Assembly: GCF_009914755.1 (NCBI RefSeq)
Contig: NC_060933.1
DNA length: 64,000 bases
DNA from: the human T2T-CHM13v2.0 reference genome, Homo sapiens
Direction: 5' to 3' (one strand)
The notes beneath the pieces are model-generated. The model made no database searches. It saw nothing but the letters and a program-made list of their open reading frames with translations, and was not told where the DNA came from. Below, piece after piece: positions 45,101 through 55,300 of this stretch. Within the stretch, counting starts at the first letter, position 1. The number at the start of each line of letters is the position of its first letter. The translations under genes and the position numbers were made by a program.

Positions 45101-48100
45101 ATGGAATGGAATGGAATGGAATGGAATGGAATCAACCCGACTGCAGGGGAATGGAATGGAATGGAATGCAATGGAATGGATTCAACTTGAATGGAATGGA
45201 AAGAATGGAATCAACACGAGTGGAATGGCATGGATTGGAATGGAATGGAATGGAATCAACCCGAGTACAGGGGAATGGAATGGAATGGAATGCAATGGAA
45301 TGGAATCATCCGTAATGGAATGGAAAGGAATGGAATGGAATGGAATGGAATGGAATGGAATGGAATGGAATCAACTCGATTGCAATCGAATGGAATGGAA
45401 TGGAATTAACCGAATAGAATGGAATGGAATGGAATGGAAAGGAACGGAACTGAACGGAATGGAATGGAATGGAAAGGAATGGAACGGAAAGGAAGGGAAT
45501 GGAATGGAATAGAATGGAATGGAATGGAATGAACGCGAGTGCAGGGGAATGGAATGGAATGGAATGCAATGGAATGGAATCTTCCGGAATGGAATGGAAT
45601 GGAATGGAATGGAATCAACCCGAGTGCAATGGAATGGAGTGGAATGGAATGGAATGGAATGGAACAACCCGAATGGAATGGAATGTAATGGAGAGTAAGT
45701 GAGTTGAATAGAATCAATCCGAATGAAATGGAATGGAATGGAACGGAAAGAAATTGAATGGAATGGAATGGAATGCAATGGAATGGAATCAACCCGAGTG
45801 CAATGGAAAGGAGAGGAATGGAATGGAATGGAATGGAATGGAATGGAATGGAATGGAATGCAATCGTTCCGAGTGGAATAGGAGGGATGTTTTCGAGTGG
45901 AATGGAAAGGAATGGAATCAACCAGAGTGGAAAGGAAGGGAATGGAATGGAATGGAAACTAATAGAATGGAATCAACACGAGTGGAATGGAATGGAAAGG
46001 ACTGGAATGGAATGGAATGGAATGGAACCAACTCGATTGTAATGGAATGGAATGGAATGGAATGGAATGGAATGGAATGGAATGGAATTAACCCGAATAC
46101 AATGGAATGGAATGGAATGGAACGGAATGGAGTGGAATGGAATGGAATCAACCCGAGTGCAGGGGAATGGAATGGAATGGAATGCAATGGAATGGAATCA
46201 TCCGGAATGGAATGGAATGGAATGGAATGCAAAGCAATGGAATCAACTCGATTGCAATGGAATGGAATGGAATGGAAAGGAATACATTGGAATCAACCCG
46301 AGTGGAATGGAATGGAAAGGACTGGAATGGAGTGGAATGGAATCGAATGGATTGGAATGGAATCAACTCGATTGGAATGGAATGGAATGGAATGGAATGG
46401 AATGGAATTAACCCGAATAGAATGGAATGGAATGGAATGAAACGGAACGGAATGGAATGGAATGGAATGGAATGGAATGGAATGGAATGGAATGGAATGG
46501 AATCAACCCGACTGCAGGGGAATGGAATGGAATGGAATGCAATGGAAAGAATTCAACTTGAATGGAATGGAAAGAATGGAATCAACACGAGTGGAATGGC
46601 ATGGATTGGAATGGAATGGAATGGAATCAACCCGAGTACAGGGGAATGGAATGGAATGGAATGCAATGGAATGGAATCATCCGTAATGGAATGGAAAGGA
46701 ATGGAATGGAATGGAATGGAATGGAATGGAATGGAATGGAATCAACTCGATTGCAATCGAATGGAATGGAATGGAATTAACCCGAATAGAATGGAATGGA
46801 ATCGAATGGAACGGAACGGAACGGAACGGAACGGAGTGGAATGGAATGGAATGGAATTGTATGGAATGGAATGGCATGGTACGGAATAGAATGGAATGGA
46901 AACAATTGGAATGGAATGGAATCGAATGGAATGGAATGGAATGGAATGGAATCAACCCGAGTGCAGGGGAATGTAATGGAACGGAATGCAATGGAATGGA
47001 ATCATCCGGAATGGAATGGAATGGAATTGAATGGAATGGAATGGAATGGAATCAACCCGAGTGCAATGGAATGGAGTGGAATGGAATGGAATGGAATGGA
47101 ACAACCCGAATGGAATGGAATGTAATGGAGAGTAAGGGAGTTGAATAGAATCAATCCGAATGTAATGGAATGGAACGGAATGGAATGGAATGCAATGGAA
47201 TGGAATCAACCCGAGTACAATGGAACGGAATGGAATGGAATGTAATGTAATAGAATGGAATAGAATGGAATGGAATGGAATCAACCCGAGTGCAATGGAA
47301 TGGAGAGGAATGGAATGGAATGGAATGGAAACTACCCGAATGGAATGGAATGTAATGGAGTGTAAGGGAATTGAATAGAATCAATCCGAATGGAATGGAA
47401 TGGAATGGAACGGAATGTAATGGAATGGAATGGAATGGAATGAACCCGAGTGCAGGGGAATGGAATGGAATGGAATGGAATGGAATGGAATGGAATGGTA
47501 TGGAATGGAATGGAATGGTACGGAATAGAATGGAATGGAACGAATTGTAATGGAATGGAATTGAATAATTGAATGGAATGGAATGGAATGGAATGGAATC
47601 AACGCGAGTGCAGGGGAATGTAATGGAACGGAATGCAATGGAATGGAATCATCCGGAATGGAATGGAATGGAATGCAATGGAATGGAATGGAATGGATTC
47701 AACCCGAGTGCAATGGAATGGAGTGAAATGGAATGGAATGGAAACAACCAGAATGGATTGGAATATAATGGAGTTTAAGGGAATTGAAAAGAATCAATCT
47801 GAATGTAATGAAATGGAATGGAACGGAATGGAATGGAATGGAATGGAATGGAATGCAATGGAATGGAATCAACCCGAGTGCAATCGAATGGAATCGAATG
47901 CAATGGAATGCAATGGAATGGATTCAACTTGAATGGAAAGGAAAGAATGGAATCAACACGAGTGGAATGGCATGGATTGGAATGGAATGGAATGGAATCA
48001 ACCTGAGTACAGGGGAATGGAATGGAATGGAATGCAATGGAATGGAATCATCCGTAATGGAATGGAAAGGAAAGGAATGGAATGGAATGGAATGGAATGG

Positions 48101-49424
48101 AATGGAATCAACTCGATTGCAATCGAATGGAATGGAATGGAATTAACCCGAATAGAATGGAATGGAATGGAATGGAATGGAATGGAATGGAATGGAACGG
48201 AAAGGAAGGGAATGGAATGGAATAGAATGGAATGGAATGGAATCAACGCGAGTGCAGGGGAATGGAATGGAATGGAATGCAATGGAATGGAATCTTCCGG
48301 AATGGAATGGAATGGAATGGAATGGAATGGAATGGAATTGAATGGAATCAACCAGAGTGCAATGGAATGGAGTGGAATGGAATGGAATGGAATGGAACAA
48401 CCCGAATGGAATGGAATGTAATGGAGAGTAAGGGAGTTGAATAGAATCAATCCGAATGTAATGGAATGGAATGGAACGGAATGGAATTGAATGGAATGGA
48501 ATGGAATGCAATGGAATGGAATCAACCCGAGTGCAATGGAATGGAGAGGAATGGAATGGAATGGAATTGAAACTACCCGAATGGAATGGAATGTAATGGA
48601 GTGTAAGGGAATTGAATAGAATCAATCCGAATGTAATGGAATGGAATGGAACGGAATGGAATGGAATGGAATGGAATGGAATGGAATGCAATGGAATGGA
48701 ATCAACCCGAGTGCAATCGAATGGAATCGAATGGAATGGAATGCAATGGAATGGATTAAACTTGAATGGAATGGAAAGAATGGAATCAACACGAGTGGAA
48801 TGGCATGGATTGGAATGGAATGGAATGGAATCAACCTGAGTACAGGGGAATGGAATGGAATGGAATGCAATGGAATGGAATCATCCGAAATGGAATGGAA
48901 AGGAATGGAATGGAATGGAATGGAATGGAATGGAATGGAATCAACTCGATTGCAGTCGAATGGAATGGAATGGAATTAACCCGAATAGAATGGAATGGAA
49001 TGGAATGGAACGGAACGGAATGGAATTGAATGGAATGGAATGGAATGGAACGGAACGGAATGGAATGGAATGGAAAGGAATGGAATGGAATCCACGCGAG
49101 TGCAGGGGAATGGAATGGAATGGAATGCAATGGAATGGAATCTTCTGGAATGGAATGGAATGGAATGGAATGAAATGCAATGGATTCAACTCGATTGCAA
49201 TGGAATGGAATAGAATGGAATGGAATGGAATGGAATGGAATTAATCCGAATAGAATGGAATGGAATGGAATGGAACGGAATGGAACGGAATGGAATGGAA
49301 TGGAATGGAATGGAATGGTATGGAATGGAATGGAATGGAATGGAATGGTACGGATTAGAATGGAATGGAACGAATTGTAATGGAATGGAATTGAATGGAA
49401 TGGAATGGAATGGAATGGAATGGA

Positions 49425-51900
49425 ATCAACTCGAGTGCAGGGGAATGTAATGTAACGGAATGCAATGGAATGGAATCATCCGGAATGGAATGGAATGGAA
49501 TGGAATGGAATAGAATGGAATGGAATCAACCCGAGTGCAATGGAATGGAGTGGAAAGGAATGGAATGGAATGGAATGGAATGGAATGGAATGTTAGGGAA
49601 TGGAATCAACTCGATTGCAATCGAATGGAATGGAATGGAATTAACCCGAATAGAATGGAACGGAATGGAATGGAACGGAACGGAATGGAATGGAATGGAA
49701 TGGAATGGAATGGAATGGAATGGAACGGAACGGAATGGAATGGAATGGAATGGAATGGAATGGAATGGAATCAACGCGAGTGCAGGGGAATGGAATGGAA
49801 TGGAATGCAATGGAATGGAATCTTCCGGAATGGAATGGAATGGAATGGAATGGAATGAAATGCAATGGATTCAACTCGATTGCAATGGAATGGAATAGAA
49901 TGGAATTGAATGGAATGGAATGGAATTAATTCGAATAGAATGGAATGGAATGGAATGGAACGGAATGGAACGGAATGGAATGGAATGGAATGGAATGGTA
50001 TGGAATGGAATGGAATGGTACGGAATAGAATGGAATGGAACGAATTGTAATGGAATGGAATTGAATGGAATGGAATGGAATCAACGCGAGTGCAGGGGAA
50101 TGTAATGGAACGGAATGCAATGGAATGGAATCATCCGGAATGGAATGGAATGGAATGGAATGGAATGGAATGGAATCAACCCGAGTGCAATGGAATGGAG
50201 TGGAATGGAATGGAATGGAATGGAACAACCCGAATGGAATGGAATGTAATGGAGAGTAAGGGAGTTGAATAGAATCAATCCGAATGTAATGGAATGGAAT
50301 GCAACGGAATGGAATGGAATAGAATGGAATGGAATGCAATGGAATTGAATCAACCCGAGTACAATGGAATGGAATGGAATGGAATAGAATGGAATGGAAT
50401 GGAATGGAATGATACGGAATAGAATGGAATGGAACGAAATGGAATGGAATGGAATGGAATGGAATGGAATGGAAAGGAATGGAATGGTTCCGAGTGGAAT
50501 AGGAGGGAATGTATTCGAGTGGAATGGAAAGGAATGGAATCAACCAGAGTGGAATGGAAGGGAATGGAATGGAATGGAAACTAATAGAATGGAATCAACC
50601 CGAGTGGAATGGAATGGAAAGGACTGGAATGGAATGGAATGGAATGGAATCAACTCGATTGTAATGGAATGGAATGGAATGGAATGGAATGGAATTAACC
50701 CGAATACAATGGAATGGAATGGAATGGAACGGAATGGAGTGGAATGGAATGGAATCAACCCGAGTGCAGGGGAATGGAATGGAATGGAATGCAATGGAAT
50801 GCAATCATCCAGAATGGAATGGAATGGAGTGGAATGCAAAGCAATGGAATCAACTCGATTGCAATGGAATGGAATGGAATGGAAAGGAATATATTGGAAT
50901 CAACCCGAGTGGAATGGAATGGAAAGGACTGGAATGGAGTGGAATGGAATGGAATGGACTGGAATGGAATGGAATGGAATCAACTCGATTGGAATGGAAT
51001 GGAATGGAATGGAATGGAATGGAGTTAACCCGAATAGAATGGTATGGAATGGAATGGAACGGAACGGAACGGAACGGAACGGAATGGAATGGAATGGAAT
51101 GGAATGGAACGGAACGGAACGGAATGGAATGGAAAGGAATGGAATGGAAAGGAATCAACGTGAGTGCAGGGGAATGGAATGGAATGGAATGAAATGGAAT
51201 GGAATCTTACGGAATGGAATGGAATGGAATGGATTAGAATGGAATGGAATGGAATGGAATGGAATCAACCCGAGTACAGGGGAATGGAATGGAATGTAAT
51301 GCAATGGAATGGAATCATCCGTAATGGAATGTAAAGGAATGGAATGGAATGGAATGGAATGGAATGGAATGGAATGCAATGGATTCAACTCGATTACAAT
51401 GAAATGGAATAGAATGGAATGGAATGGAATGGAATGGAATGGAATGGAATGGAATTAACCCGAATAGAATGGAATGGAATGGTATGGAACGGAACGGAAC
51501 GGAACGGAACCGAATGGAATGGAATGGAATGGAATGGAATGGAATGGAATGGAATGGAATTGTATGGAATGGAATGGAATGGTACAGAATAGAATGGAAT
51601 GGAAAGAATTGGAATGGAATGGAATCGAATGGAATGGAATCGAATGGAATGGAATGGAATGGAATGGAATGGAATGGAATGGAACCAACCCGAGTGCCAT
51701 GGAATGGATTGGAATGGAATGGAATGGAATGGAACAACCCGAATGGAATGGAATGTAATGGAGAGTAAGGGAATTGAATAGAATCAATCCGAATGTAATG
51801 GAATGGAATGGAACGGAATGGAATGGAATGGAATGGAATGGAATGCAATGGAATGGAATCAACCCGAGTACAATGGAATGGAATGGAATGGAATGGAATG
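49425..51900 (+). repeat. Segmental duplication copy 2 (paralog of ~42,580-45,100)
   Basis: Same ordered private variants as copy 1. Offset about 6.80-6.85 kb, varying mostly with pentamer run length. Confidence 0.9.
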
Positions 51901-52325
51901 GAATGGAATGGAATGGAATCAACCCGAGTGCAATGGAATAGAGAGGAAAGGAATGGAATGGAATGGAAACTACCCGAATGGAATGGAATGTAATGAAGTG
52001 TAAGGGAATTGAATAGAATCAATCCGAATGGAATGGAATGTAATGGAACGGAATGTAATGTAATGGACTGCAATGGAATCAACCCGAGTGCAGGGGAATG
52101 GAATGGAATGGAATGCAATGGAATGGAATCACCCGGAATGGAATGGAATGGAATGGAATGGAATCAACCCGAGTGCAAAGGAATGGAGTGAAATGGAATG
52201 GAATGGAATGGAAACAACCAGAATGGATTGGAATATAATGGAGTGTAAGGGAATTGAATAGAATCAATCTGAATGTAATGAAATGGAATGGAACGGAAAG
52301 GAATGGAATGGAATGGAATGGAATG

Positions 52326-52381
52326 GAATGCAATGGAATGGAATCAACCCGAGTGCATTCCATTGCATTCTGGTTGTTTCC
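52326..52381. other. Inversion (strand-switch) breakpoint with a 15-bp perfect inverted repeat
   Basis: GAATGCAATGGAATG (52326-52340), loop GAATCAACCCGAGTG (52341-52355), CATTCCATTGCATTC (52356-52370). CATTCTGGTTGTTTCC (52366-52381) is the reverse complement of 52210-52225. No non-satellite DNA at the junction. Confidence 0.95.
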
Positions 52382-55300
52382 ATTCCATTCCATTCCATTT
52401 CAGTCCATTCCATTGCACTCAGGTTGATTCCATTCCATTCCATTCCATTGCATTCCATTCCATTCCATTCCGGATGATTCCATTCCATTGCATTGCATTC
52501 TATTCCATTCCCCTGCACTCGGGTTGATTCCATTCCATTCCATTACATTACATTCCGTTCCATTCCATTCCATTCCTTTCGGATTGATTCTATTCAATTC
52601 CCTTACACTCCATTCCATTCCATTCCATTCGGGTAGTTTCCATTCCATTCCATTCCATTCCTCTCCATTCCATTGCACTCGGGTTGATTCCATTCCATTC
52701 CATTCCATTCCATTCCATTACATTACATTACATTACATTACATTCCGTTCCATTGTACTCGGGTTGATTTCATTCCATTGCATTCCATTCCATTCCATTC
52801 CATTCCATTCCGTTCCATTCCATTATATTCGGATTGATTCTATTGAACTCCCTTACTCTCCATTACATTCCATTCCATTCGGGTTGTTCTATTCCATTCC
52901 ATTCCGTTCCACTCCATTCCATTGCACGCGGGTTGATTCCATTCCATTCCATTCCATTGCATTCCATTCCAGTCCATTCCATTCCGGATGATTCCATTCC
53001 ATTGCATTCCGTTCCATTACATTCCCCTGCACTCGGGTTGATTCCATTCCATTCCATTCCATTCCATTCGATTCCATTCCATTCCAATTCTTTCCATTCC
53101 ATTCTATTCCGTACCATGCCATTCCATTCCATACAATTGCATTCCATTCCATTCCACTCCGTTCCGTTCCGTTCCGTTCCGTTCGGTTCCATTCCATTCC
53201 ATTCCATTCTATTCGGTTTAATTCCATTCCATTCCATTCCATTCCATTCCATTCCGTTGCATTCCATTCCATTACATTCGGATTGATTCTATTCAACACC
53301 CTTACTCTCCATTACATTCCATTCCATTCGGATTGTTCCATTCCATTCCATTACATTCCACTCCATTCCATTGCACTCGGGTTGATTCCATTCCATTCCA
53401 TTCCATTCCATTCCATTCGTGTTGATTCCATTCCTTTCCATTCCATTCGGTTTGAAGGCATTCCAATCCATTCCATTCCCTTCCATTCCATTCCATTCCA
53501 TTCCATTCCATTCCATTGTACTCGGGTTGATTCCATTCCATTGCATTCCATTCCATTCCATTCCATTCCATTCCATTCCGTTGCATTCTATTCCATTACA
53601 TTCAGATTGATTCTATTCAACTCCCTTACTCTCCATTACATTCCATTCCATTCGGGTTGTTCCATTCCATTCCATTCCATTCCACTCCATTCCATTGCAC
53701 TCGGGTTGATTCCATTCCATTCCATTCCATTCCATTCCATTCCATTCCATTCCGGATGATTCCATTCCATTGCATTCCGTTCCATTACATTCCCCTGCAC
53801 TCGCGTTGATTCCATTCCATTCCATTCCATTCAATTCCATTCCATTACAATTCGTTCCATTCCATTCTATTCCGTTCCGTTCCATTCCATTCCATTCCAT
53901 TCCATTCCGTTCCGTTCCATTCCATTGCATTCCATTCTATTCGGGTTAATTCCATTCCATTCCATTCGATTGCAATCGAGTTGATTCCATTCCATTCCAT
54001 TCCATTCCATTCCAGTCCATTCCATTCCTTTCCATTCCGTTACGGATGATTCCATTCCATTGCATTCCATTCCAATCCATTCCCCTGTACTCGGGTTGAT
54101 TCCATTCCATTCCATTCCAATCCATGCCATTCCACTCGTGTTGATTCCATTCTTTCCATTCCATTCAAGTTGAATCCATTCCATTGCATTCCATTCCATT
54201 CCATTCCCCTGCAGTCGGGTTGATTCCATTCCATTCCATTCCATTCCAATCCATTCCATTCCACTCCGTTCCGTTCCATTCCATTCTATTCCATTCCATT
54301 ATATTCGGCTTAATTCCATTCCATTCCATTCCATTCCAATAGAGTTGATTCCATTCCATTCCATTCCATTCCATTCCACTCCATTCCAGTCCTTTCCATT
54401 CCATTCCACTCGGGTTGATTCCAATGTATTCCTTTCCATTCCATTCCATTCCATTGCAATCGAGTTGATTCCATTGCTTTGCATTCCATTGCATTCCATT
54501 CCATTCCGGATGATTCCATTCCATTGCATTCTATTCCATTCCATTCCCCTGCACTCGGGTTGATTCCATTCCATTCCACTCCATTCCGTTACATTCCATT
54601 CCATTGCATTGTATTCGGGTTAATTCCATTCCATTCCATTCCATTCCATTCCATTGCATTACAATCGAGTTGATTCCATTCCATTCCATACCATTCCAGT
54701 CCTTTCCATTCTATTCCTCTCGGGTTGATTCCATTCTATTAGTTTCCATTCCATTCCATTCCCTTCCATTCCACTCTGGTTGATACCATTCCTTTCCATT
54801 CCACTCGAATACATTCCCTCCTATTCCACTCGGAACGATTCCATTCCATTCCATTCCATTCCATTCCATTCCATTCCATTCCATTTCGTTCCATTCCATT
54901 CTATTCCGTATCATTCCATTCCATTCCATTCCATTCCATTCCATTCCATTCCATTGTACTCGGGTTGATTCAATTCCATTGCATTCCATTCCATTCCATT
55001 GCATTCCATTCCGTTGCATTCCATTCCATTACATTCGGATTGATTCTATTCAACACCCTTAGTCTCCATTACATTCCATTCCATTCGGGTTGTTCCATTC
55101 AATTCCATTACATTCCACTCCATTCCATTGCACTCGGGTTGATTCCATTCCATTCCATTCCATTCCATTCCATTCCATTCCATTCCGGATGATTCCATTC
55201 CATTGCATTCCGTTCCATTACATTCCCCTACTCTCGCGTTGATTCCATTCCATTCCATTCAATTCCATTCCATTACAATTCGTTCCATTCCATTCTATTC

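Larger units (their letters stand above)
1..52357 (+). repeat. Satellite III (HSat3) array, GGAAT-strand arm
   Basis: Continuous (GGAAT)n with recurrent CAACCCGAGT / CAACTCGATT / TTAACCCGAAT / CATCCGG interruptions. The CAACCCGA(A/G)T decamer within GGAAT runs is the classical Sat III signature. AATCAACCCGAGTGCAATCGAATGGAATCG (e.g. ~837, ~4178, ~11894) resembles 9q12 Sat III as I recall it. Confidence 0.97.

Noticed and set aside
52326-52381. Junction as a fold-back sequencing or assembly chimera
   Set aside because: A chimera would give near-identical arms, whereas these differ at many positions and in module content. Read-level confirmation is still needed.
52079-52533. Chimeric ORFs switching from WNGME to FHSIP
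   Set aside because: They simply read across the inversion junction. They mark the breakpoint but are not genes.
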